Positions 8,558 through 18,345 of a stretch of DNA of 59,132 bases are shown one piece after another. Below the pieces are notes generated by a model. The model made no database searches, had not been told where the DNA came from, and saw only the letters and a list, made by a program, of their open reading frames with translations. The stretch is from contig CAYONI010000002.1 of assembly GCA_964405295.1 (NCBI GenBank), positions 1 to 59,132 of the forward strand, written 5' to 3'. Position 1 is the first letter of the stretch; the number at the start of each line of letters is the position of its first letter. The stretch is from an uncultured Methanosarcinales archaeon. GTDB taxonomy: Archaea > Nanobdellota > Nanobdellia > Woesearchaeales > CAYZNE01. A program made the translations under genes and the position numbers.

Positions 8558-10375
8558 TTACTTGAAAAGAAGCATAATTTTATTTATTGTTACTTTGCTT
8601 AGAATTTTGCTTTTATGAGTTTCTTTAGGTTCTTCAAAAACTTGTGTTTTAGAACAAGTATTTTTTAATTCTTCTTTGTCTTTAGCATAACCAATTATTT
8701 TGGTTTCAGTATTAAAATTTCCGCCATTATACTTTGCAATTGTTATTTTTATTTCAGAGTTTTCTCTTGTTGGTGCAGAGAATTGTTCGTCTGTATCAGG
8801 TGCAAAATTCTTCGCTATTCGCATATACAATCTTTTCCCCCAATCATAATCTATTTGAGATAGTTCATTTATTCCTGTTCCTGAAAAAACACTTTGTGTT
8901 AAGTTATTTTGTAAATTTGGTGTTGATATGGCTTGTATTAGCTTTTGGGTCATTATCGATTGCTCATTTGTTCCTAGGCTTACAGTTGCGCCCCAAATTC
9001 TATTTCCCCAGTATAAATATTCTATTGTGGATTCATTAGCTTCAAGACTCGCATTCCATAACACTAGGACATAACCCATTTGTCCATTAATTGCCAAGCA
9101 ATCTGTTTGATCATCTCGATATTCAAAATATCCATTAAATGGTTGATGATAATTATCTGTGAATTCTGCAACTTGACTAAGACTAAAGTTTATATTTGCT
9201 AGTTCATTGTTACCAACATTATAACCCTCAAACCCAGCTGTGCAAATACTGTAGGTCATTATATCCTCATTATATTCTGATTGTCTAACTGTGCCTGAAT
9301 TATCCCACCTAAATAATTGATGAAATAAGTCATTGTGTAATGTTGATTGATTATATATTTCTGGAATTAGTGTGAAGTTTAAGTTTTGATCTACATTAGG
9401 TGTTCTTACAAATCTTTCGCTGGTAATATAATTTTCTTTCTCTATAGAAAGTGAATCTCCATCACTGCCATATTCATAAAATCCCAAAAATGTTTGATAA
9501 TCGTCTATAAATAATAAATCGCTAAGTGAAGTATAACTATTTATTGTGCTATTATATATTGGTTCTCTTGTATAGTGATCTATAACGTGTCCGACAACTG
9601 CTTTGTGTGAAGGGATGTAATTAACAAAAAACACTTGTTCGTCATATTTTTGTCCAAGAGAAATGTTCGATTCAATTTGAATTTCATTGTTGATATGATA
9701 ATCTAAGTTTAACTCTGGAAGAAAGTTTACGGTTAGAATCCATGTTTCTTCATCAAAGTTAAAATAAGCGTCTATATCGCTAAATTCGTAATCAAAATTA
9801 AAATTTACGTTTTCTGGCTCACTGGTTACAATATAATCATTAAGGTTGTAAACAAATTGGTGATTATCTGCTTCATTAATAGTGTAATCAGGAATGTTAG
9901 ATATATTAAAATAATTAGTAACATTAAAATCAAAGTTCCAATCTTGATTTAGTCTGAATGTATAATTTGTATATGTTGATCCAAAGTTTATTGAGCTTCC
10001 TGTTGGTTCAATTTCAAAAAAGAAGTTTTTGTTTCTATAAAATGGATACCTTAAGTCACGGTCTTCTCTTGAGTCAATTTCAATTATTTTTGATTGCGTA
10101 AACGGACTTCCAGTCCCTCTTACTGCAGGTATTGTGTTATTATTCACCACATATGCCCTTGAATCAATAATAAAACTAATATTGCCATTTTCATTTGTTA
10201 ACCCTTCAAATTCATAGAATTCTAAAGGATCTGAATAAAGATATACGTTTGCGTTCTCAACTGAATTATTGAAGTAATCTTCAACGTGTATTGTGATATT
10301 ACGGTGTGGTCCTGCTTGAACTAGGCCACTTAGAATTATTAAGACTGTTAATAATATTAGCAGGTGTTTTCTCAT
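8558..10375 (-). CDS. Secreted beta-rich protein with prealbumin/carboxypeptidase-regulatory-like repeats and a possible degenerate zincin-like C-terminus
   Basis: Class I signal peptide (VQA|G); VENANV...TNENG and GHVIDHYTREPI motifs; MTQKLIQAI at a possible HExxH position. Confidence 0.55.
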   Translation of the reverse strand: MRKHLLILLTVLIILSGLVQAGPHRNITIHVEDYFNNSVENANVYLYSDPLEFYEFEGLTNENGNISFIIDSRAYVVNNNTIPAVRGTGSPFTQSKIIEIDSREDRDLRYPFYRNKNFFFEIEPTGSSINFGSTYTNYTFRLNQDWNFDFNVTNYFNISNIPDYTINEADNHQFVYNLNDYIVTSEPENVNFNFDYEFSDIDAYFNFDEETWILTVNFLPELNLDYHINNEIQIESNISLGQKYDEQVFFVNYIPSHKAVVGHVIDHYTREPIYNSTINSYTSLSDLLFIDDYQTFLGFYEYGSDGDSLSIEKENYITSERFVRTPNVDQNLNFTLIPEIYNQSTLHNDLFHQLFRWDNSGTVRQSEYNEDIMTYSICTAGFEGYNVGNNELANINFSLSQVAEFTDNYHQPFNGYFEYRDDQTDCLAINGQMGYVLVLWNASLEANESTIEYLYWGNRIWGATVSLGTNEQSIMTQKLIQAISTPNLQNNLTQSVFSGTGINELSQIDYDWGKRLYMRIAKNFAPDTDEQFSAPTRENSEIKITIAKYNGGNFNTETKIIGYAKDKEELKNTCSKTQVFEEPKETHKSKILSKVTINKIMLLFK

Positions 10376-10514
10376 ATTTTTAGATTTGATTTTTAGTTTA
10401 TAAATTTTTCTGTTTTTTAATCACTACACAGTGAACATTTTTAAATGAAACCAAAAGATTTATATATAATTCACTACTGAAAAAGGGTTACACTTAAAAT
10501 TAAGAGGTGATATT

Positions 10515-10694
10515 TTGACTAAAAAAAAAGAACAAAAATTATCAGCAGAAACAAATCCAAATGGTCTTGTTAAAATTATTGTTGAGCAAGTGTATTCAAC
10601 CATCAGTGCTGAAACTCAAGCAGAATATGATTCAATCATTGCTATGAGGGATCCTATTTTATATGCTGATAAAGAAGGTGATAATAATGAGTAA
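10515..10694 (+). CDS. Hypothetical protein, 59 aa
   Basis: TTG start after SD GAGGTGA (10504-10510); MTKKKEQKLSAETNPNG...EGDNNE*; overlaps the next start. Not in the ORF track. Confidence 0.6.
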   Translation: MTKKKEQKLSAETNPNGLVKIIVEQVYSTISAETQAEYDSIIAMRDPILYADKEGDNNE

Positions 10695-10986
10695 TTATGA
10701 AGACTATGAAGAAAATGTTTGGAGTGAAGATTATGAAGATAGTTATCATGAAGAAAATTATGAGCTAAATGAAGAACAACTCGAAAAATTAAAAGAACAA
10801 GAAGAGTATGCTAATCTTTCTGATGAAGAAATTTACGAAAAGCTTCTTAAAAAAGGGCAAGAAGAAGAATATGAATATGATGAAGTTGTTGGTGGAAGAG
10901 ATAAGAAAACTGTTCTTTCTGCACTTAACAAAAAACGATTGGGCCAATTTGAAATGGACGAATTGTTCAATAAATTAGGAGAGTAA
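10687..10986 (+). CDS. Highly acidic hypothetical protein
   Basis: SD AGGTGA at 10676-10681 before ATG 10687; rich in E/D/Y. Confidence 0.65.
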   Translation: MSNYEDYEENVWSEDYEDSYHEENYELNEEQLEKLKEQEEYANLSDEEIYEKLLKKGQEEEYEYDEVVGGRDKKTVLSALNKKRLGQFEMDELFNKLGE

Positions 10987-11109
10987 ATGAAGATTTCTGA
11001 TAAAAATGAAGCATTGAGTCTCATTTGTTCATGCAATTTAAATAATAATGCGGATTTTTTGGTGATTATTCAATAAGTTTAAATATTATTAATAAATAAA
11101 AAAAATAAA

Positions 11110-11454
11110 ATGGGAACATTCGAATATGAAGGGAAAAAAATAAATATTCCTAATAAATTATTGTATATTACACACATACCTATTAACGATGCTTCAGGTG
11201 AAAAATCAAAACTAGTTGGTGATTGGGTGTCTGATGATCAGCTTGAACATCTCATAACGCATTATGGTCTTTCAGGAATGGTTAATTTCTTAGAAAAAGA
11301 AATTAAGGTATATAAGGTGAGAGTAAGTAGTCCGGATAATTATAAGTATTGTGAAATCGAAGGTGAAAAGCATTCTGTCTCTTCAATTTCTGATGATATA
11401 AAAAACTCGATAACTGCCTTTGAAAGAATTAGGAATGATATTCTTAAAAACTAA
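11110..11454 (+). CDS. Hypothetical protein
   Basis: 114-aa ORF with no recognisable motif. Confidence 0.55.
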   Translation: MGTFEYEGKKINIPNKLLYITHIPINDASGEKSKLVGDWVSDDQLEHLITHYGLSGMVNFLEKEIKVYKVRVSSPDNYKYCEIEGEKHSVSSISDDIKNSITAFERIRNDILKN

Positions 11455-12758
11455 ATCTCTTTTTTCTGATGAATTGCATTAGGTGCAGCACCCCCGTGCC
11501 AAGTGAAACGAGGACGTATTCTCATTGGATACATTTTTTCATTAGTATCGTCAAAAATGATTGCAGCGCCCTTAACTCTGGGAAGATTATCAAGTTCTTC
11601 TGTTAAACCCTTTCTCATATAAGATTGCATAAGCATTCCAAGCGCATCTGTATCCATTTTTGCAGTTATTCTATGAGAAATAACAATATCTGATTGGGTC
11701 ATAACATCAGTGTGAATTTTTCCAGGCTGTTGTGTCGCTAATATTAAAGAAATACCTGGCTGTCTACCTTCCCTCATAACAGTTACAAGAGGATCTGTTG
11801 CAAGAGTTTTTCCTTTTACAGGAAGAAACTCGTGAGCTTCATCTATGACTAACCAAACTAGAGGAGTGTCTTTTTTCTCTTCGTCTTTAGAACCAAAAAA
11901 ATTCATTTGTCTATCAATTTCATTAAACTCTTCAGTTTTTCTTGCAGTCATTCTCTGAATAAATAATTTTTCTGCAACCAGTCCTATAACTAAGTTCTTA
12001 ATATTCCAAGAATTAGGAACAGTTGCATAACAAGAAACATCTAGAACAGTAATTTGCCCTGGTTTTACTAATTCTGATAACTTAGTTCCCTCTTCATTGA
12101 ATAAACCCCAAGGTTTTGTGTTCAAAAAAAGATTTTTTGCATTACCCTTTGTGATATCTGCGTAATCACTCTCTTTAATTTTTTTAACAATATCTTCCAT
12201 AGAATAATTATCAGTATCTTCTTTAAGATTATTAATAACATCACTTATTAGAACTCCAACATCACTTGTTTGTTTGACCCCTAAAGTCATACACCAGTTG
12301 TTTGCAGATAATTCAGATGGTTTAATTGAGAAAGGATAATCTGTCGGAATTCCTTGTTTTTTGAATTTATCATAGTGCCCTGTTGGAGTAAATATTTGAA
12401 CATCAAGAGGTTTTGGTTCAAGATTCCATTGTCTTAATAGTTCTGCATCCTCTTTATTCGGATACTTCATGGTCCAATAAATTCCCATTGTATCTAATAA
12501 TATTATAGAAAGATTTTGTTTTATTTCATGAGGAAGATCAGCCATTCCCTCTGCAATCACACCCATTGTGTAAGATTTTCCTCCGCCTCTTTTACCACAA
12601 ATAAAAACAACATGCGCTCCTGCAATATCCATAAAAATCTTATTAGAAAGAGTCTGATCTCTACCCATTTTAATATAGTGTTTGCCTATAAGAACTGTTC
12701 CTTTCTCACCAAACTTTTTTCTATCTCTTTCGTTACGCCCAACAATAATATTTTGCAT
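11451..12758 (-). CDS. HerA/FtsK/VirB4-superfamily P-loop ATPase (DUF87-like)
   Basis: Walker A GKRGGGKS, LDTMGIY, Walker B VIDEAH, arginine finger REGRQPG and ATQQP. Confidence 0.85.
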   Translation of the reverse strand: MQNIIVGRNERDRKKFGEKGTVLIGKHYIKMGRDQTLSNKIFMDIAGAHVVFICGKRGGGKSYTMGVIAEGMADLPHEIKQNLSIILLDTMGIYWTMKYPNKEDAELLRQWNLEPKPLDVQIFTPTGHYDKFKKQGIPTDYPFSIKPSELSANNWCMTLGVKQTSDVGVLISDVINNLKEDTDNYSMEDIVKKIKESDYADITKGNAKNLFLNTKPWGLFNEEGTKLSELVKPGQITVLDVSCYATVPNSWNIKNLVIGLVAEKLFIQRMTARKTEEFNEIDRQMNFFGSKDEEKKDTPLVWLVIDEAHEFLPVKGKTLATDPLVTVMREGRQPGISLILATQQPGKIHTDVMTQSDIVISHRITAKMDTDALGMLMQSYMRKGLTEELDNLPRVKGAAIIFDDTNEKMYPMRIRPRFTWHGGAAPNAIHQKKEI

Positions 12759-12852
12759 ATCTAGTTATAGAGATTAATTGTTTAAAAAACTTGTTGATTT
12801 TTAATATAATTAAACCTTAAGATTTAAATACTCTTGACCTTTTCTTATTAAT

Positions 12853-13194
12853 ATGAGTCCTTTAGAATTAATAGAAGAAATAAAAGAAAGTTATTATGAT
12901 TCTGTAAAGAAATATATTGCTGAAGGAGATATTGTAATGGCTGCTGGAGAGATGAACGTTTTTAATATGCAATATTTTCATTTGCATAAAAGCGAGCTAT
13001 CACCTTATACAAATGGTTTAACGCTTATTGCTGAAGGTGCAAAATTACAAGATGTTCTTTCACAGGAAGGTCAAACAAAAAATGGTTGTGCTAAGGCAGT
13101 AAAAACTTTTGAAATGTATTTAAATCAATTAGAGCTTGCAATGAAATCTAATAACAAACATAGTCATAGAAAGAAAAGAAGTAAATCTTTCTAA
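12853..13194 (+). CDS. Hypothetical protein
   Basis: 113-aa ORF preceded by TATA-like TTTAAATA. Confidence 0.55.
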   Translation: MSPLELIEEIKESYYDSVKKYIAEGDIVMAAGEMNVFNMQYFHLHKSELSPYTNGLTLIAEGAKLQDVLSQEGQTKNGCAKAVKTFEMYLNQLELAMKSNNKHSHRKKRSKSF

Positions 13195-13214
13195 ATTTAA
13201 TTATTTAAAGCTAA

Positions 13215-13973
13215 TTAATCTGCATAACCTAGAAAATCTATCCTGTTGGTAACATCCAGGTATTCTTTTGCAGAAACACTGTTTCTTGCATACGCATAAA
13301 TGCTTTTGCCTGAAAGTGGAGCTTCTTTTAATTTGCTGCAAACTCTGACTGGTTCTGTAAGGACTTCAGAATATTTTTTCTTTAGAAGTTTAAGTGAATC
13401 TTTACAAATTTTATTTCTTTTATCATACATTGTTGGAATAATTGCTGAAATTTTAAGATTATGTTCAAAATAGTTGTTAATACTAGCAACTGCCTTTTCC
13501 ATTTTCTCAAGTGCATCTAGTCCTAAAAAATCTGTTGAAACAGGAATTATTGCCTCATTTGCAAAAAGAAGTGCATTTTGGTTTAGAAGACCCAATGATG
13601 GTGGACAATCAAGAATAATATAATCGTAATCTGAATCTTTTAGTTCTTTTAATTTTCTTATTAGTGTAGTTTCTCTTGAATCATACCCTGTCATTATAAC
13701 TGCTGCTTTTTCAAGAGTTTCTTTGCTTGTAATTAGGTGAAGGTTTTCTGTTAATTCCATAATACAATCTTTGTATGTAATATCTTTATCTGTTAATAGA
13801 TTAAACATATCTCTTTCAGAATATTTATTAAAATACGTGCCAATATTACCCTGTGCATCAAGATCAATGATAAGAACTTTTTTGCCCATTGACGCTAAAC
13901 CTGCGCTAAGATTGACAGTGGTTGTTGTTTTGCCAACACCACCTTTTTGATTTATTACTGCGATTTTCCTCAT
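13215..13973 (-). CDS. parA: ParA/Soj family ATPase
   Basis: NQKGGVGKTTT, IDLDAQGN and LDCPPSLG motifs. Start placed at 13973 by SD AGGTGA (13981-13986 on the minus strand). Confidence 0.9.
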   Translation of the reverse strand: MRKIAVINQKGGVGKTTTTVNLSAGLASMGKKVLIIDLDAQGNIGTYFNKYSERDMFNLLTDKDITYKDCIMELTENLHLITSKETLEKAAVIMTGYDSRETTLIRKLKELKDSDYDYIILDCPPSLGLLNQNALLFANEAIIPVSTDFLGLDALEKMEKAVASINNYFEHNLKISAIIPTMYDKRNKICKDSLKLLKKKYSEVLTEPVRVCSKLKEAPLSGKSIYAYARNSVSAKEYLDVTNRIDFLGYAD

Positions 13974-14057
13974 TTCTGCATCACCTTCTGTTTGAGGTCT
14001 TTCTATGGGGTATTTAAACCTTTTGGAAATGATGTTGTTTTTGATTCTCAATAAATC

Positions 14058-14148
14058 TATCTTCAACCTTAAAGATTGAAGATAAAGCTTTATTGGATGA
14101 CATCCTTCTAATTGAATACCTCAACCTTAAGGTTGAGGAGGGTGTCAT
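14058..14148. promoter_or_regulatory. Palindrome cluster upstream of parA (candidate parS-like or operator sites)
   Basis: TATCTTCAA-N9-TTGAAGATA (14058-14084). Perfect 20-bp CCTCAACCTTAAGGTTGAGG (14119-14138) nested inside ATGACATCCT...AGGGTGTCAT (14097-14148). Confidence 0.6.
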
Positions 14149-14171
14149 ACAGATAGGTTTTTATATCTCAA

Positions 14172-14585
14172 ATGATTCTTCTCTTTATGGTGATTATAAC
14201 TCTTGGGAGAATAATAGATTTTACTAAGGCTTCTGCAAAAATTAAGAAAAATCAATCTATGGAAGAGACGCTCAAGGATTTGATGAATTTTTCTGATGAA
14301 AGACTGAGAAGAACAATTCTAAAGAATATTCCATCGATAATTCATGATTCTTTATGGTCTTATTGGAGAGATCCAGGTTATAGGGATGATGCTATTAATT
14401 TTGTAACTGAAAATGGTATGAATTCATTTCCTTTAAGAAACGTATATGAACATTTACAAAGTTTAACTCCTGATGCAAATGAACCTTATGGTGTGCACAT
14501 TAATTCTGTAAGACATCTTGCACATTTTATGATGGCTTATGTGGCTGAGAAAAAAAATCTTAGACTAGAGAAGATATATATTTAG
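14172..14585 (+). CDS. Hypothetical protein
   Basis: 137-aa ORF; start may be 14187; no motif recognised. Confidence 0.55.
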   Translation: MILLFMVIITLGRIIDFTKASAKIKKNQSMEETLKDLMNFSDERLRRTILKNIPSIIHDSLWSYWRDPGYRDDAINFVTENGMNSFPLRNVYEHLQSLTPDANEPYGVHINSVRHLAHFMMAYVAEKKNLRLEKIYI

Positions 14586-14857
14586 AGATTAAAGTCATCA
14601 ATGAATTCTAGAATTTGTTTGTATTTTTCAAGATATTTGAATCCCTGATCTGTAAGTGTGATGAATTTTTTACCTTTTTTGTCAGTAATTTCTTTAACAA
14701 AATTCTTTTCTTTTAATTCAGCAAAATAGTCACTGAAGCTTTGACTTGAAAGATTAGAAACTCTCAACAGAGGAGTAGGTTTAATAGAATTATGATTGTC
14801 TCTAATAATTCTTAATATATCATAAATTACTTCTAACCGATCTCTTTTTCTAGCCAT
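14582..14857 (-). CDS. Small winged-helix regulator (HTH_45/ArnR1-like, COG3432)
   Basis: RKRDRLEVIYDIL...KPTPLLRVSNLS...LTDQGFKYL. Confidence 0.8.
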   Translation of the reverse strand: MARKRDRLEVIYDILRIIRDNHNSIKPTPLLRVSNLSSQSFSDYFAELKEKNFVKEITDKKGKKFITLTDQGFKYLEKYKQILEFIDDFNL

Positions 14858-14864
14858 CTCAAAC

Positions 14865-15545
14865 TCACTTGGTAATCTTAATAATTTTGATAGTAATTAA
14901 TATTAATAATAAAATTGATATAAGATAAATTATCCATCCTATGATTGTGGATACTGTTACTAAAACAAAAAGCGCAATGCCATTGATTATCCATGATGCA
15001 AAGAATAGTATGTATACAATGTGAAATTGTGATGTAGATTTCTTTTTTTTCTTTGATTTGTTGTGTCCTTTAATTATCAGTATCATTGCACTTATGAAAA
15101 ATACAATTTGTGTTAATCCGAATAGTATGCTTCCTTCTCTTCCGAACATGAAACTTACAATTGCAATTGTTGCTGCAATTAAATGTAATCTTTTTGAAAT
15201 CTTGTTAGGATTTTTGAATTTCTTCCATATCATACTGTGAATAAGGTATAACAATGCCATTGAACCTGCATACATTATTAATAATTGGGGAAGACCATGC
15301 AGTCCTAAATTTCTAAATTCCAACCTTCCAAAAATCATTTTTTGTATGGAAACAATTGATCTTAACAAATAAGTTATTGCAAAAAATAAGAAGCTTAATC
15401 TAAAATATTTAATTCCTTTATATTGACTTAATTTGTGAACTTCTTTTGTTCTAAAATAGATAATTAAACAGGTTGCAATCATTATTATCGCATAACCTAT
15501 TTCAATCCACAATGTTGGTCTCATAAGTATTTCTGGTGGCGGCAT
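14865..15545 (-). CDS. Seven-TM membrane protein (putative sensor co-transcribed with the wHTH gene)
   Basis: About 7 hydrophobic segments; GIKYFRLSFLFF motif; 7 nt upstream of the wHTH gene. Confidence 0.6.
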   Translation of the reverse strand: MPPPEILMRPTLWIEIGYAIIMIATCLIIYFRTKEVHKLSQYKGIKYFRLSFLFFAITYLLRSIVSIQKMIFGRLEFRNLGLHGLPQLLIMYAGSMALLYLIHSMIWKKFKNPNKISKRLHLIAATIAIVSFMFGREGSILFGLTQIVFFISAMILIIKGHNKSKKKKKSTSQFHIVYILFFASWIINGIALFVLVTVSTIIGWIIYLISILLLILITIKIIKITK

Positions 15546-15602
15546 AGTATTATTTACCTCTAGGTTTTTTATTAAGTTAACCCTTTTCCTTATAAAAAGA
15601 AG

Positions 15603-15645
15603 GTGGACTTTAAGTGTACATTTTTTCTTCTTCTTGCTTATAAAG
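15603..15645 (+). promoter_or_regulatory. Operator + TATA box, copy 1
   Basis: GTGGACTTTAAGTGTACA; TTATAAA begins 35 nt after the motif start; near-identical to 16224-16266. Confidence 0.7.
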
Positions 15646-15689
15646 AAGTTATTCCTTTCTACTCTGTATTAAACATTTAAGGTGATAAA

Positions 15690-16199
15690 ATGAAAAATAA
15701 AGGAATAGCTGGAATGTTGGCCATATTTTTAATTGGACTAACATTGTTTATAGCACCTGTTTCTGCTTTTGCAGGAAGAGGTTTTGGTCAAAGCCAAGAA
15801 GTTCAAGATGCAACAGAATTAGACAATTTTGAAGTTTGGGTTGAAGCACATGAAACTATGCTAACAGAAGAAAGATTTAATGAAGCTGTTGAAAGACATC
15901 AAAATTGTGGGAAAGATCAAGAAGCAAGAGAATTAATGCGAGATGCAATTGAAAATAATGATTACTCTGCATGGAAAGAATCTACTGAATCATTGGATCA
16001 TTATCCTTTGGATGTGGAGACATTAACTGAAGAGGATTTTACAACTCTTGTTGAAATGCATAATGCAAGATTATCTGGCGATTTTGAGACTGCTGATGAA
16101 CTTGCTGATGATTTAGGATTTGAAAGACCTATGCAAAGATCAGGAGAAGGTAGAGGTTTTAGAGGTCAAGGTTCAGGAATGAGATCTGCTTTCAATTAA
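15690..16199 (+). CDS. Secreted helical protein with a Gly/Arg-rich tail
   Basis: Signal peptide (VSA|F), SD AGGTGA, AIENNDYSAWKE motif and a GRGFRGQG tail. Confidence 0.7.
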   Translation: MKNKGIAGMLAIFLIGLTLFIAPVSAFAGRGFGQSQEVQDATELDNFEVWVEAHETMLTEERFNEAVERHQNCGKDQEARELMRDAIENNDYSAWKESTESLDHYPLDVETLTEEDFTTLVEMHNARLSGDFETADELADDLGFERPMQRSGEGRGFRGQGSGMRSAFN

Positions 16200-16223
16200 T
16201 TTTTTTATTTTTTATTTCTAAAT

Positions 16224-16266
16224 GTGGACTTAAAGTGTACATTTTCTCTTCTTCCTGTTTATAAAG
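16224..16266 (+). promoter_or_regulatory. Operator + TATA box, copy 2
   Basis: GTGGACTTAAAGTGTACA with TTATAAA at the same 35-nt offset, about 30 nt before ATG 16289. Confidence 0.7.
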
Positions 16267-16288
16267 GAAATATCTTATTTTGATTACT

Positions 16289-17014
16289 ATGACAAAAGAA
16301 ATGCTTGTGGAATTAAAAAATGTACATAAAATTTATCAGATGGGTGAAGTTGAAGTCCCAGCATTGGCAGGTGTGTCTTTAAAGATAAATAAAGGTGATT
16401 TTATTGCAATTATTGGTGCTTCTGGTTCAGGTAAGAGTACCATGATGAATCTTGTTGGTTGTTTAGATACTCCTACAAAGGGAACTATAACTTTAAAATC
16501 AAAAGACATTGCAACCTTATCTGAATCTGATCTTGCAGTATTAAGAGGTAAAACAATAGGGTTTATTTTTCAACAATATAATCTTATTCCTAATCTTTCT
16601 GCTTTTAGTAATGTAATTCTTCCCCTAGAATTACAAGAAGTTAATCAAACCCTTGCAGAAGAAAAAACATCCAAGGTGCTGGCACTTGTTGATCTAGCCG
16701 ATAAGTCAAAGCATCTACCATCTCAATTATCTGGGGGTCAGCAGCAGAGGGTTTCCATCGCCAGATGTTTAGTTACTGATCCCGAGATAATTTTGGCTGA
16801 TGAGCCAACTGGTGCTCTTGATTCTAAAACAGGTAAAGAATTATTGGAATTGTTAACTAAACTTTGGAAAAAAGAAGGTAAAACAATTATTATGGTAACA
16901 CATGACTTAAATTTAGCCAAATATGCACAGACAATTGTTGAGTTGAAAGATGGTAAGGTTATTCGTTATGAAGAAAATAAATCATTCAATAAAATTAAAC
17001 TTATTGATGACTAA
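16289..17014 (+). CDS. ABC transporter ATP-binding protein (LolD/MacB type)
   Basis: GASGSGKST, LSGGQQQRV, ILADEPTGALD and VTHD motifs. Confidence 0.95.
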   Translation: MTKEMLVELKNVHKIYQMGEVEVPALAGVSLKINKGDFIAIIGASGSGKSTMMNLVGCLDTPTKGTITLKSKDIATLSESDLAVLRGKTIGFIFQQYNLIPNLSAFSNVILPLELQEVNQTLAEEKTSKVLALVDLADKSKHLPSQLSGGQQQRVSIARCLVTDPEIILADEPTGALDSKTGKELLELLTKLWKKEGKTIIMVTHDLNLAKYAQTIVELKDGKVIRYEENKSFNKIKLIDD

Positions 17015-17051
17015 AACTACAATGAAAAAAATAAGTTACGAGGATAATAAA

Positions 17052-18314
17052 ATGAAAAAATATAATTTATTAATATTAAGTTTAATGATTTTTTTAGTTA
17101 GTATTAATGGTGTGTTTGCAGGTTCACAGACAGGAGTTGCTTTGGTTAGTCAAAGTCCGGATCCTGCAGTTGCAGGGGATTTAGTCGAATTGAGAATTAG
17201 TGTTTCTAATCGGGATGCAAGTTTTTCTGATAATTTGTTTATTGAATTAGGTTTAGCTTATCCTTTTAATTCAGTATTTGGTGAAGAATATATTGAAGAA
17301 ATTGGTGTATTGACTGGGTATCAATCAGGTGATGAATCAACAATCGTAAAATATCGTGTAAAGGTAGATAACGATGTTGTTTCAGGTACTTATCCTTTGA
17401 TTGTTAAGGCTTATAGTGATTCAGAAGAATATATTATTAATAAGGAAATTTATGTTGATATTGAGAGTAAGGATAGTGCTGAAATAATTTATATTAACAC
17501 TGTTGAACTTGAACCTGGTAATACTACTCCTGTTGAATTTACTATTTATAATGTTGGTTCAAGCGTTTTAAGAGATTTAACTTTTTCTTGGGAAAATGAA
17601 GACGAAGCTATTTTACCTGTTGGTTCAGGTAATAGTAGATATATAAAATATTTAGGGGTTGGAGAATCTTATAAGCTTGTTTATAATGTTATTGCAGATT
17701 CAGAAGCAGATCCTGGATTATATAAACTTGATTTGTCTTTGTCTTATGATGATCCTTTAACAAATGAATTAAAAATAATTTCAACTAATGCAGGTATGTA
17801 TATTGGTGGAGGAACAAATTTTGAAGTAGCATTTTCCGAGGTTGAGGGAACTGAGTATTCTTTTACTGTTGCAAATATTGGAACTAATAATGCAAATTCT
17901 GTGTCTGTTGTTGTTCCTGAACAAAATGGTTGGTCTTTCGTTGGATCAAATACAGAATTAGTTGGTAATCTTAACAAAGGAGACTATACTATTGCAAGCT
18001 TTGATTTGCAAAAATTTAGTTCAGATAATGAAATTATTATTGATGTGGTTTATACTGATACTAAAGGGATAAGAAAATCTATTGAAAAATCAATCAGTCT
18101 TGGTTCGATTGAGACAACTATAAATAATACTAATAGGTATATTAATCAAGCTCCTAATGGTCAATCAAAGAATGGAATGAGGGAAATGTCTGGAGGATTA
18201 GGGACAATAATGATCACAATGAAATGGGTTGGTATAGGTATAATAGTTTTAATTGCTGGAATTGTAGGTTTTAAGATTTACAAGAAAAAGAAAAAAAACA
18301 ATAAGAAAAAATAA
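17052..18314 (+). CDS. COG1361 S-layer-domain membrane-anchored protein
   Basis: Signal peptide, QSPDPAVAGD and Ig-like repeats, C-terminal TM helix with a Lys-rich tail; typical position in a MacB-type operon. Confidence 0.8.
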   Translation: MKKYNLLILSLMIFLVSINGVFAGSQTGVALVSQSPDPAVAGDLVELRISVSNRDASFSDNLFIELGLAYPFNSVFGEEYIEEIGVLTGYQSGDESTIVKYRVKVDNDVVSGTYPLIVKAYSDSEEYIINKEIYVDIESKDSAEIIYINTVELEPGNTTPVEFTIYNVGSSVLRDLTFSWENEDEAILPVGSGNSRYIKYLGVGESYKLVYNVIADSEADPGLYKLDLSLSYDDPLTNELKIISTNAGMYIGGGTNFEVAFSEVEGTEYSFTVANIGTNNANSVSVVVPEQNGWSFVGSNTELVGNLNKGDYTIASFDLQKFSSDNEIIIDVVYTDTKGIRKSIEKSISLGSIETTINNTNRYINQAPNGQSKNGMREMSGGLGTIMITMKWVGIGIIVLIAGIVGFKIYKKKKKNNKKK

Positions 18315-18345
18315 TAATAACCTTCTTATTTTATTAAATTAAAAA

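Noticed and set aside
13974..14066. N-terminal extension of ParA
   Set aside because: The SD and family alignment place the start at 13973; the extension covers the promoter region.
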